Source: Eledone cirrhosa
Taxonomy: Eukaryota
DNA length: 64,000 nucleotides
NCBI GenBank assembly: GCA_964016885.1
Contig: OZ024753.1
Span: 46,252,001 to 46,316,000 of the forward strand
Direction of reading: 5' to 3'
The translations under genes and the position numbers were made by a program. Below the pieces are notes generated by a model. It made no database searches, had not been told where the DNA came from, and saw only the letters and a list, made by a program, of their open reading frames with translations. The first letter of the stretch is position 1; each line of letters begins with the position of its first letter. This document shows, piece after piece, positions 1 to 14,599 of the stretch.

Positions 1-400
1 GGCATAATTTAGCTTATCCTAAGTCTTTGCAATGTCGAGATATATTATCCACATTTGAACTATTTAGTAACTTCTTCCTGGTGACTCAGGGACATGATCA
101 GTTTCTTTTTAATAACTAGTTCCATGACTTTGCTGTTATGTAACATCAGAGAGACGAATCTGTAATTTTTAGCATCTGTTCCGTCTCCTTCTTTCCAGGG
201 AGCTTACTGCAGAAGAAGATCCACAAAGCATGTTTTTAGGAGGATTGCTGGGAATGCATCAGAGCTGGTACCTGAATTTAGGCTCATTTCATCTATGACT
301 AATATTACATCTTTCTACTTTAACTCAATGGTTGTCATTTCTGTGTGTAAATTGATGACTTCAGAGAACTCATCTAGCTTATTTATTTACATGTTCTCTA
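1..400 (-). mobile_element. Decayed non-LTR retrotransposon (CR1/L2/Jockey-like) reverse transcriptase fragment, running off the window edge
   Basis: Manual minus-strand translation gives KDVILVIDEMSLNSGTSSDAFPAILLKTC, DAKNYRFVSLMLHNSKVMELVIKKKL and IIYLDIAKT*DKL. These match the LINE RT motifs GPDG.P..LLK, NYRPISL...KV.E and YLDF.KAFDKV in the correct order, with stops and a deletion. Confidence 0.8.
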
Positions 401-1017
401 TAGGACATGTGGAAACACTTTGTACTCCTCTTTTAGTATTTCATTTAACGTCTCAGTGATCCGTTTAGATCAAACAGTAGCTATATCTTGTAATGTACTG
501 AAGCAGACTCCTTTGCAAATGTAAAGGTATTACTGTTTGTATTTATATTTTCTATAAACCTCGCTTCTCTTACTTCTCTCTCCTGATGTTAAGTTCATCT
601 TCAATTTAAAGCAGTATTCGTCTTAAATGAGATTCTTTGCTAACTTTTAATTATGTAATTTAATTGCTAATTCTGAGATGGAGCAATCCGTGGTCACTTT
701 CTTTCTCATTGTAATTTACATTTTCTTATAGTTGTATTTGGATGATAGGAAGAATGAAAAGGGAAATAAAAGAGGGAAACGAAAGGAAGAAGAAATAAAG
801 AGATAAAAACGAAGGAAAGAAGGTAAAAGAAAAGAAGGGAGGAAAATAATGTAAAAAGATAAACCCCTCTTAGATTCACACATTGGTCAGATCTTGAACA
901 GAAAACTTAATCAAGCGTATGGAAATGTTGTATGGTTTATACTCCATCATCCTTAATCCTGAAATTGATGGGTTATATTAGCTTAGCACCTAAACAACAA
1001 TGCACAAACTATTCTTC

Positions 1018-1148
1018 GTGTGTCAGTGTATGTGTATGTGTTTGTATTTATACATATATATGTGTGTGTATGTGAGTTTGTGTTTATATATAAGTGTGTG
1101 TGTGTGTATATATATATGTGTGTGTGTGTATGTATATATATGTGTGTG

Positions 1149-1181
<33 letters not shown>

Positions 1182-1215
1182 TTATATATATATATGTGTG
1201 TGTGTGTGTATGTGT
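1018..1215. repeat. Compound (TG)n/(TA)n microsatellite
   Basis: Directly visible; explains ORFs 1000-1371 and 1020-1286. Confidence 0.95.
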
Positions 1216-1677
1216 ACCCGTGTGGTTGCTATGCGACAAGTAAATCGAATCCTTCCATTCCTGGTACTATTTTCTCCTTTTTATAAGAGTATTTTTACGA
1301 ATTATTCAATACCAGCTGAATCTTTTGTCATTTTTCAACATAGCTCTTTCGTTCGACGATTCCTAACGTAATTGAATATGTTGGCAATTTAACCCTGAAA
1401 TTGAGAGGAGGAAACTTGTATAATAATATCCATGTCAGGAAGATTTAGAGTTTACAAATGACTAGCTTTTTTGTATACTATACTTCTTGTTTTCATTTCG
1501 ATGGTTGTTGAGATAGATATATGAGTTATATCACCGAATTCTTGCCTCCTATTGACAGATATATAAGGTTTTGTGACTCCCCAGACAAATATGGATTTAC
1601 TTCTACTACGATCCAATGATTTTTTATGGACAGCTTACAGAATGAACTTTAGAAAAGCCTAATAACTTCTACAATGA

Positions 1678-1682
1678 ATATA

Positions 1683-1763
<81 letters not shown>
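1678..1763. repeat. (TA)n microsatellite
   Basis: Directly visible. Confidence 0.97.
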
Positions 1764-1766
<3 letters not shown>

Positions 1767-1866
1767 GGAGGTGAGTTTTATTGTAGTACAATAAAGCAAT
1801 GCAGGTATCGGATAAGTAGCACTCTACAGTTTGTAGGACTGGAGTATAAATAATATATAAGATCAA

Positions 1867-1933
1867 TTTTATTATGCGCATTTCAAAAACAAATATCATC
1901 ATGCTATAACATTTGCGTTTTCGTCAGATAAAA
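1867..1933 (-). ncRNA. Type I hammerhead ribozyme motif (left arm)
   Basis: Minus strand reads TTTTAT-CTGACGA-AAACGCAAATGTTATAGCATGATGATATTTGTTTTT-GAA-ATGCGCAT-A-ATAAAA: intact CUGANGA and GAAA core, 6-bp stem I, long stem II, palindromic stem III and an AUA cleavage triplet. Confidence 0.75.
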
Positions 1934-2486
1934 AAGGGACATGATATGAAGGTTAAAACAAATTTGTGAATAGTGCAGTTTTAAATTAACATATGAAAAG
2001 TAGTTTTAGATTGATGTGTGATATTGGGAAAAAAATTGAGGGGGGGAGGGGTGAAAAAGAGGAGGAGATGAGAGTAAAAAGTGAAGGTGGGGGGAGTATA
2101 ATGAGGAAGGATGAGATAGGAGGAGAGATGGGTGATAGAGAGAGATTTTATTCTAAAATTTTTCTCTTCGTTAATTTTCAAATTCTTTTAATTTATATAT
2201 TATCTTCAAACGGTTTTTCAACCTCTCTATGTAAAACAATATATTTTTCTCAGTTATAAAAGCTATCTCTCTCTCTCTATCACCCATCTCTCCTCCTATC
2301 TCATCCTTCCTCATTATACTCCTCCCCCTCCACTTTTTTACTCTCATCTCCTCCTCTTTTTCATCCTTTCCAACCTCCCCCCTCAATTTTTTTCCCAATA
2401 TCACATCAATCTAAAACTACTTTTCATATGTTGATTTAAAACTGTACTATTCACAAGTGTGTTTTAACCTTCATATCATGTCTCCC

Positions 2487-2557
2487 TATTTTATCTGACG
2501 AAAACGCAAATGTTATTGCATGATGATATTTGTTTTTGAAATGCGCATAATAAAATA
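2487..2557 (+). ncRNA. Type I hammerhead ribozyme motif (right arm)
   Basis: TATTTTAT (2487-2494), CTGACGA (2495-2501), stem II 2502-2537 (15 of 16 positions pair counting G-U, loop GCAT), GAAA (2538-2541), palindrome ATGCGCAT (2541-2548), A2549, then ATAAAATA (2550-2557) closing a perfect 8-bp stem I. Predicted cleavage after A2549. Confidence 0.82.
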
Positions 2558-2587
2558 CATGGAACTCTTTTAACCATCTTTTGATCT

Positions 2588-2637
<50 letters not shown>

Positions 2638-2819
2638 TATTTATGTTGTATGGTTTACCAGTGGGTAGATCTGGTCATTCAAGTTAGCAAATCATGATGT
2701 AAGAACTAAAGCACTCGATTTGTTATACAAATCATTATTCGTAGATGTGGTATCTTGTGGCTGGTACAGACAAGAGAAAGCATTAAAAGAATATTTCAAA
2801 TCTGGCCTGTTGCCTTTTA

Positions 2820-2852
<33 letters not shown>

Positions 2853-4044
2853 GGGGTGTGCGTATATATATATATATATATATAAGTATGTGTGGATAGG
2901 GGTGTATGTATGTATGTCCTCATAGAGTTCTGTTCCTAATAATCGACAATAACACTTCAAAAGATCTTTAGTTCTCACTTAGGTCAGAAATCTGTTAGAG
3001 TAAGTTAAACGTATAATTTTTAATTAGACTGCCGTAATATTTTCAGTTAACGAACTTAGAAAATACTTCTATTTAATGCAATACTTTTACAAAGTTCTAT
3101 ATGCCTTTGAGGTTCTGTGTAGCATAGCTTTATCAAATTACATCACACTGTAATGCATATCAATCACAGAGATCTCGACTTCCAGACATCATTTATATAA
3201 CGTGATTTCTCTAACATACTACATAAAATCCCTCGGTCGGATATTATCGAATTTATTTATTCAGTCCCAAACATTATATTATTAGAGATACACCAGGAAT
3301 ACGTGATCAAAACAATATTTAAATAACAGTTGAAGATTGAACTAGTTATCTTAGCCGCGAAGATTACCACCTTAGTAACAAATCGATTCCCACTACTCCA
3401 TATAATACATATTTTATAGCAAATCTACTGTAAAAATTATCGCCAAAAATGTTATAATGTAATTACGGTGTTGATGGAGCTAATTTCTCTTATCACAATA
3501 CAGGTCAAAAGCAATTACACAAAACAGCAGAGAATTGGCTCGTGAACAACATCATAAGTTGGCACCGTTTTGCTATCATTGCTTTAATGTGATCATCTCC
3601 GAGATTTGCTGAAGGCTATTGTTCTTATTAATGCTCTTATTTATTCATTCCGTATTGTTCACATGCAGTAAACCTATGGAATTAGACTTCATTTCTTTTA
3701 GATAAACGAAAACAAATTGATATTTTCTACGCATGCGTAGTAATAATTACGATCAGTATTTCATTTTCGAAAGGAAACGATACAAGGCTTGAGTCTTCTC
3801 GCTGTTTTAGAAAATAAATCTTTAATTTTATTCGTTTTTTTTTCCCAGTTGTTAATGGAAGATAATATATTAATTTTAATAATGAACCCCTTTTTTTTTT
3901 ACGAATCGTTTAATGAAGTTTTGTGTCTGAAACTCGTGAAAAAAACGTGTTTCTCTGGTCTCCGTCTTTTAGCTGCGGGCCGCCAGTCTGCAACCACAGA
4001 CACTACCCTGACCGCGCCAACATATTAGGAAGACATTAGATAAA

Positions 4045-4051
4045 ATGCAAT
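4045..4051 (+). CDS. Candidate first coding exon segment (ATG CAA T) of a small 3-exon gene; this exon may begin at 3973
   Basis: Pyrimidine-rich acceptor gtttctctggtctccgtcttttag before 3973, AAAATG start context, and donor GTACGT at 4052. Phase 1 matches the next exon. Confidence 0.35.
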
Positions 4052-4246
4052 GTACGTTTGTGACGGATCTAGAGAGACTACTATAAGAGATTGACTTCAG
4101 TTTCTTTGCACATAGCTGAGCTGTTTCTGTACTGAGCTTCTTGAGAGTAGGGCTCATTGTTATCCAAGCCTTTCATTTCTGTAGTCTCGCTTATCCTGAT
4201 TAATTTCAATATAATATAATTAATCTGTTTGCCTTAAATCTAAAAG

Positions 4247-4428
4247 GTGTGTGCAAGCATCGCTACTCCAATTATGCGGTCCCGGATGTTGTTGTGGAGC
4301 ATGGATATCACCAGGCGCTGGCCGCCTGGTGGTTCCAGCGGACAGAAAGGAGAAAGCGTTTTCCGGGAGGAATTTCTTATATAAATGAAAGCTACTACAC
4401 CTATCAACCAGTAATTAATACAGAGAAG
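4247..4428 (+). CDS. Candidate coding exon, unassigned protein: (C)VCKHRYSNYAVPDVVVEHGYHQALAAWWFQRTERRKRFPGGISYINESYYTYQPVINTEK
   Basis: GC/CpG-richer non-repetitive island bounded by AG (4245-4246) and a strong AG|GTATGT donor (4429), with an open frame of protein-like composition. No family confidently recognised. Confidence 0.6.
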
Positions 4429-4489
4429 GTATGTGATTTATTAAGAACAACATCTCACTGAGTGCAGACTCATTAGTGTATTTTTGTAG

Positions 4490-4510
4490 CTCTTCAATTG
4501 CGTAAGATAA
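4490..4510 (+). CDS. Candidate terminal coding segment LFNCVR*
   Basis: Acceptor tatttttgtag ending at 4489 after a 61-nt intron; phase 0 is compatible with the previous exon; TAA at 4508-4510. Confidence 0.3.
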   Translation, partial: LFNCVR

Positions 4511-6046
4511 AATTGTTAATTACTAGAATGTACTCCACTCTCCAAACACATCAAGTTCTTCTTCACTTGAAAATTCACTAATCATGGGTATTTGAAGGGG
4601 ATAAAGAGGGAGAGATAGGGGAGAGAGAGAAAGAAATACACATACACACACACACACAAATACATTCACACAGTCACACGCACCTACGCAGACACAGACG
4701 CAAATATACATTTATACAAAGACACACATACACACACGTATATATATATTTATTTATACCCACATAAACATATACGTATGTGTGAGTGTGTGTGAACGTC
4801 TGTATGTGAAAATATATGTATGTATACATGTAAGTAAGTTGTTATGTATGTGAGTAATAATGCAGGTGTATAGAGAAGCAGTGTTGCTGAATATGAAATG
4901 AATTAAAAGATATAAAAGTCAGTGAAATATGATGTTTGCCTTTATCTTTTCACACCTTTTCATATCGTTATTTCCCTGTAAAGGTGTGTGAGATAAGAGC
5001 AATGTAAAGCGATAATTTATTATAGATAACCATTAAGTAATAGAGATAAAACTATACTGGGTACCAGTGGAACGATACATAAGGAGTTTTATCAATATGT
5101 TTGAAATAAAACTGCTTTAAACATAAATACTCTGCATGATATCTCTCCTCTCTGTTAGTTGTGTTCTTTGTTGGGTGTAGATAATAACGATGATGATGAT
5201 GATGATGATGACAAGAAGAAGACGAAGAAGATGATCTTTGAAAATAGTACATTTAAATATATATGAAGTAGTCCAGAGACATTCGTGTCTCAACAGCAAA
5301 GGTAATAATAATAGATATAATAATATTGATAGTAATATGTGGATTGTAACTATCTTAGCTGGAGCACAGTTTACACTGAAACGCGAAATAGTAGTTCTTC
5401 AAACCACAAAACGAATGATATATATATATGTATATATATATATAGCGGGGAGGGGTAATGAGTGAGGTAATCACAGCTTTTAAATTTCAAAGAGAAGCTA
5501 CAATGATGTTTATTATACGTGAACATTTCGTATATGATTCAATACACAACACAACACGATCACACACACAAACATATATATATATATATATACATATACA
5601 TGTATGTATGTGTGTATATACATATATAAAATGTAATAACAGGCAATAATTGCTGAGTAAAAGTAGCCTCCATACACATTTGAATAAATGAAGAAAACGA
5701 AGAGATATTCAAGGCCCTCTGAGAATACAGTGTTAGGAAATTGAGAATTGGCAATGTTTAAGCTGCCTTATTATGCCCTAAATATAATATTATTCTCAGA
5801 AGTAATGCTGAATGTCCTTCACTAATTCATACTTATATGACTATGTCACAGGCAGCAAAATTGAATTGCCAATGTTAAAATGCAATAATATTCTGTAGGT
5901 ACTAGAAAATTGTTTGCTAAAATCTAATAGAATTACCTACTGCTGGTCTATTTCTTCACACTGACCAACCTATCTGCTATCAATTCCTTTCTCTTTTCTC
6001 TATTTCATATATATATGTACGCATGTATGTATATATAAATGTATAC

Positions 6047-6089
<43 letters not shown>

Positions 6090-6179
6090 TACATACACAA
6101 ACGCATATATATATATATATATATGCATACATACACAAACGCAAATATATATATATATATATATTCAACCCGGAATAAC

Positions 6180-6239
<60 letters not shown>

Positions 6240-6753
6240 TAATATGATATAATATAATATACAGTAGGCTGTTTATCTATTCAATGATAACGTTGCTTCT
6301 CTCCATCAGATATTTCCACCATACTTCTCGTGAACGTGGAAGCCTGCAATGTTCTAATATGCTACATGTAGAGAATATTCACAACCCACTACGACTCCTA
6401 TATTTCCATTAGGTAAATGCCACAATTTGTAAATTTAATTTGTGGTCAGCTATACCTCTTGAGTACAACCCATCCCTCATTCGATCGTGAGTGTTACCGT
6501 CAACTGCCTTACGAAAGTTAAACGTTATTTCTCTTTATGCTCGCTAACCAGAAGCTCTTGAGCCGCACAGATCAAGTCAGTCATGCCATTTGTCTAAAAA
6601 CCACGTATATTTGACATGTCTGAATTTCTACCTACTAGAATGGGTAAAATTATAAACTCATTCACGCAGCCACTGTAATTTTTATTCCATATAAATATAG
6701 GTATAAATTTATTCTATAGTTCGATTGCTTAGCCACGACATCATGTGTGTATG

Positions 6754-6813
<60 letters not shown>

Positions 6814-8049
6814 GGTATATATATATATATAGAGATATATATATATATATATACCTTCACACCTTAGGTAGTGCATTTTGTTCCATGTATATATATATAT
6901 ATATATATATATATGAATGTATACAGAAACACAAGTTTATATTTAAATGAATCTCTTTCACTAACGTATTATCTATTCACATATAAAGAGGAAGTGATAT
7001 CTCTCACCCTCCCTCTCCTTCTCTACCTCATCCATATATCTACATATTTACATATCGATCCATCGATTCGTCTATCGTATTCTTCCAATTTCCCTAAATG
7101 CTTTCTTTAAATCCTTCCTTTATGTAACGCTAACATTCACCTCCTGCTATCCTGCTTTTAAATTATTATGTGAGACGAAACAGATGCACTTGTAAAGGAA
7201 GTACTGCACATATTAGAAAAGAATAGCTGATGCATTAATGCAAAATGCATTATCAATATCTGAAGATGATATGAAATTCAAATCATAAACTACAACGGTG
7301 GATGGTTTTACAATTGTTATTCCTTATTCACAATAATTTATGCACGAGGCCACATGCTTTGGCTGTCTAGAAAACCTCCACAACACAATATTGGCATTAA
7401 GTATTTCAAATCTTTCCAAGGGGCAAATTTTTCCACTTAGTTGAATCCATTGTAGAAATATTCAATATGGCGACTGTTATTTTCCTATTCAAACATTTCA
7501 ATTTTCCTTATCTTCTTCAAATTGTTTAACAGTTTTTTTTTTTATTCTCCTTATTCAGCACATTCCTTTCATGTGGTTATTTCATTATTTGTTAGATAGA
7601 CACAAGGCCTCCTCATATATACACTGGCAAGTGGGATCAGCTGCTATAAATTCCATCCCTGCACTCGTCCTTAGCGGAATAATTGTTTGAAAAGGAATTT
7701 AAACCAATCCTTTCCTCAAAACAATGTCTACACTTTATAGGTTGTTCCAACATTTACTAAGATTTCCATATAAATTTATGTTGTTGTAGTTGTTGTTTTT
7801 ATGGCTCACACCTGCATAAGTTTAACTGGCCTCCTATCGATGAGGTTGAATCGCTTGGGAGATTTCTTATTATTGACTACCTAGACATAATATTGTGTTG
7901 TATTTGCAGCGTCGTTATTTCTTCCTTATTTCTTCTGTTCTTAAAACCTTTCTTCTACATTTCTATCTAAAATTACTTACTAAACACATTGAGCTTGAAA
8001 ATATTACTACTTGCCAGTATCAACCCTCCTTGGTTAACTCCAATGGTCT

Positions 8050-8540
<491 letters not shown>

Positions 8541-9559
8541 ACGTCTGTGTGAGTGTTAATTTGTCTATGTTTATATTTATATTTTTTATCTTTGTCTTTC
8601 TTTTCTCACTTTGTTTATTAAAATCGAAGACAACACTTTGGATAATTTGATTAGTAAAACCTGACAAACGCCATGATTTTTCACAGCTCACTTTTTCTGT
8701 TTTACACAAGTCTTTGTCGTTTTATTTCTTTATTAGTTTTTTTATTTTGCTTATTACCTTTTATTTTATTTTATTAACATTTCTTTTTAATTTTAAGTTT
8801 ATACTAATGTTCCTCTATTTAGTTATCGTCTGCGAATGATGAAAGTTTTATAGAAAAGACGATTGATTCTTATGAGAAATTAATTAATGCTGCAAGGATA
8901 GAGTAAAGTGACGGGTTCGATATAATGGACTTTCTCCCTACACCCACTCAAATCACAAACCCTATGTCTATGTTAAAGACCCCTATAATCTATTCCATGC
9001 AATAGTTCAACATTTGTACTGGTTTTCTTCGAGAAATATCGACGAATTACAAACATAATCTTCCTTATATATTTCATCCTCGAGAATTAAGCGTTACTGG
9101 TTACTCAAATTTTTATTGTCAAAATACGTAAATGTACTTAACCATATTTTTACTATTCAATATTTAGTCTAAGAAAAAGGAAAGTGTTTTTAATTTTACG
9201 AAAATACGGCTTTTAATACATTTTTGCAATGTGCTCTTTGTTGAGTGAAACAAGAATATTTTTTCTCAAATTATATCAAATAAATGTATTCACTTTTATT
9301 CTGTACTGAATACTAATTTGAGATATTTCTCCATTACATTTGTAGTAAGAAGAACAAAAATGTATATATGTACACACAAGCACACACACGCAACCAGATA
9401 CACACAGACACGCACATATATAGATGATATTCATATGTCAGGCGTGTATTTGATATATAAATCATATCAAATATATGTATATATAAATATATATTATATT
9501 TATAAATTAATATGTAGACATATACAAATATATAAACCAATAATTATATACAGTATGCG

Positions 9560-9645
9560 TGCTAGGGTGATTGTGTGTCTTTTCTTGATATATATATATA
9601 TATGTATATATATATATCAAGAAAAGACACACAATCACCCTAGCA
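9560..9645. repeat. Inverted repeat with perfect 28-bp unique arms centred on a (TA)n tract
   Basis: tgctagggtgattgtgtgtcttttcttg-(TA)n-caagaaaagacacacaatcaccctagca. Confidence 0.95.
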
Positions 9646-9936
9646 GTCACACAACGTACATAGACAAACACCCGTATATACAAACAAACAGATACACAGT
9701 GAAACACACACATATACAAACTAAAGTAGACACACAATGTCAATCACTGTCACCCCCTGTGATATATACGTCTTTTGGTGAATGTATGTATATCTATGTG
9801 TATATTATTGAAACTTTATCATATTTAGCAAAGCTTAAAAGGATTCTGTTGAATTGGGGATTTGATAGCTGTCAAAATTTGACGTCTTAGTAAATTACAC
9901 AGAATTCCTAATTCGAATAGCCTATTGCTTCCTATT

Positions 9937-11910
<1,974 letters not shown>

Positions 11911-12540
11911 TGTGTGTGTACTACTACTACAACTACTAATACTACTATTACGTGATAATGTAGATGACCTTAAACATGCTAGCCAGTGCAACTTTGGTTC
12001 ATCTAAGCGAGTTATTTAATCACTGAGAGTGCACCACGACAATGCTAAGTCGCTGTTATGATTTTAATTCTTTTCCCTAACTTATTTACAAAGACGTCTG
12101 TTTATATATACGTGAAAATTCCTGTGTTTCCCGCTACCTTGTACGTATTTTGAACTATATTTAGTTAGACTGTAAGTCATTGCTCCATTCTAATTACGTT
12201 AGCAGTAAATTGTATCTTGTTTATTGTTTATAGTTTATCAGTTAATGAATTCAGTCTGAGCGCCTGACAACATTCCAGATGCCAGGCGCCTAGTCTCGGT
12301 CTTCGTTTGATCCACGACTGCAAAATATTTCAACCAAAGAGATGAGCTGTAGAAAGACATGGCTCAGAAAAGTGACCACTCCTAAAATATACGATACAAA
12401 CGTGTAGTTATTTCATACTTGTGTTATATATATATACTCTGCTCTGCGCGAGCATCGAGTGCTCAAACGGCATACCGCCTTCGGACGCATTTAATTGCAA
12501 CCATACAACGACTATATATATGTGTCTGTGTGTGTGTCTG

Positions 12541-12576
<36 letters not shown>

Positions 12577-12641
12577 CGTTATATATATATAACTAGGAAT
12601 ATATGCACACACACATACATGCATAGGGTCTTTTTACGACC

Positions 12642-12727
12642 CGAGTTCATCCTTACGGGGTCGATAAAATAAAGTACCAGTAATGCACTGGGTAATTGCT
12701 GGCCTTGTGCCTAAAGTAGAAACAATT
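12642..12727 (+). mobile_element. SINE family A, 3' fragment
   Basis: tcatccttacggggtcgataaaataaagtaccagtaatgcactgggtaattgctggccttgtgcctaaagtagaaacaatt is near-identical to the copies at 44.3 kb, 50.8 kb (minus) and 52.3 kb. Confidence 0.85.
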
Positions 12728-12900
12728 AATGTAATCAACTTTTCAAGAAACCTATATTACTATCCGTTGCTACCTGTATCGGTGAAATACCAGTGTTTTT
12801 AAAGTAACAGATAACATATCTGATGTTATTCGCTCCGAATCTGTGTACACGGAGTTCAAATCCCTCAACTCTCAGTTTGCTTTTCATTCTTTCGAGATCT

Positions 12901-13796
12901 ATTATATAATGTGGTACTCTATGGCTAATCACCCGACCACATCTGATTATGAAAGTATTATATAATGTGGTACTCTATGGCTAATCACCCGACCACATCT
13001 GATTATGAAAGTATTATATAATGTGGTACTATATGGCTAATCACCCGACCACATCTGATTATGAAAGTATTATATAATGTGGTACTCTATAGCTAATCAC
13101 CCGACCACATCTGATTATGAAAGTATTATATAATGTGGTACTATATGGCTAATCACCCGACCACATCTGATTATGAAAGTATTATATAATGTGGTACTCT
13201 ATGGCTAATCACCCGACCACATCTGATTATGAAAGTATTATATAATGTGGCACTCTATGGCTAATCACCCGACCACATCTGATTATGAAAGTATTATATA
13301 ATGTGGTACTATATGGCTAATCACCCGACCACATCTGATTATGAAAGTATTATATAATGTGGTACTCTATGGCTAATCACCCGACCACATCTGATTATGA
13401 AAGTGTTATACAATGTGGTACTATATGGCTAATCACCCGACCACATCTGATTATGAAAGTGTTATACAATGTGGTACTCTATGGCTAATCACCCGACAAC
13501 ATCTGATTATGAAAGTGTTATACAATGTGGTACTCTATGGCTAATCACCCGACAACATCTGATTATGAAAGTGTTATACAATGTGGTACTCTATGGCTAA
13601 TCACCCGACAACATCTGATTATGAAAGTATTATATAATGTGGTACTCTATGGCTAATCACCCGACCACATCTGATTATGAAAGTATTATATAATGTGGTA
13701 CTCTATGGCTAATCACCCGACCACATCTGATTATGAAAGTGTTATATAATGTGGTACTCTATGGCTAATCACCCGACAACATCTGATTATGAAAGT
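12901..13796. repeat. Minisatellite, 16 x 56-bp unit
   Basis: Unit attatataatgtggtactctatggctaatcacccgaccacatctgattatgaaagt; 896 bp = 16 full copies with a few recurrent variants. Confidence 0.97.
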
Positions 13797-14539
13797 TTCA
13801 ACGTGTTATGGAATATGATGAGCATCTTCTAATACAGTAGAAAGATGATGACTATGAGTATGGCGATGTTGATAATGAAAATGATAACGAAAATGATGAA
13901 ATTGATGGTGGTAAACCGTGACATCAATTTGATCTTATGCTGTGTCCTCTGAAAGTAAATTCCTTCTATAATCTAACAGAATATCGTCATACTCATTTTT
14001 GGTTCCACAACAAAATTCGGATTTATTATCAAAAATAAATACCTTCACTAGACTTTTCATCCAATAAATTATCTTTATTTTAATTATTATACTTCGTTGA
14101 ATAAATGATAATGTTTAGATTTCTCCCTAAGTTCTTTCATTGTTTGGCGCCCGTCTCTACTTTTTATTCGTGTCAATGAGAGGGAAATTGTCCATTTATG
14201 TACGAAAAAATTGAATGTAATTATTAAGATTTATGCTTTTTTTTATTGCGAGGAAAATTTATTAACGTAAATTTTATAAGAAATGAAATAAAAATTAAAA
14301 TAATTTCGACTGTTAAAAGTAAGATGTCAATAAAAGCAACGAAATTATTTTAAATTTGATTTTTTTTAAATATTTTACATACTGAAATAGATATTATTAG
14401 ATTGTAAAATATTTATTGGAATATATTTATCAATACTGCGAGTTGAACTGAATACTTTTTATTGTTTTAGAAATTTGTATTCACAGATACTTTTAACCTT
14501 AGTTATTATCTTTCCTCCAGTCCAATATTTTTTTTATAG

Positions 14540-14594
<55 letters not shown>

Positions 14595-14599
<5 letters not shown>

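Larger units (their letters stand above)
1851..2597. mobile_element. Long inverted repeat (arms ~1851-2145 and ~2266-2597) with a hammerhead in each arm; probable non-autonomous or truncated Penelope-like element with inverted pseudo-LTRs
   Basis: The arms align as reverse complements along their length with scattered substitutions and small indels (atgaggaaggatgagataggaggagagatgggtgatagagagaga vs tctctctctatcacccatctctcctcctatctcatccttcctcat). Outer ends are taatatataagatcaa / ttgatcttatatatta, around a ~120-bp AT-rich spacer. The Penelope assignment is inferred from the hammerhead type. Confidence 0.75.

Noticed and set aside
1851-2597. Plain MITE interpretation of the inverted repeat
   Set aside because: Not excluded, but disfavoured: no recognisable DNA-transposon TIR signature, and both arms carry a PLE-type hammerhead.
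4009-4011. In-frame TGA upstream of the small-gene ATG as a selenocysteine codon
   Set aside because: No SECIS-like hairpin identified; simpler to read as 5' UTR.
12901-13796. Regular repeat array as a possible CRISPR
   Set aside because: Head-to-tail tandem units with no unique spacers, no cas genes, and a eukaryotic context.
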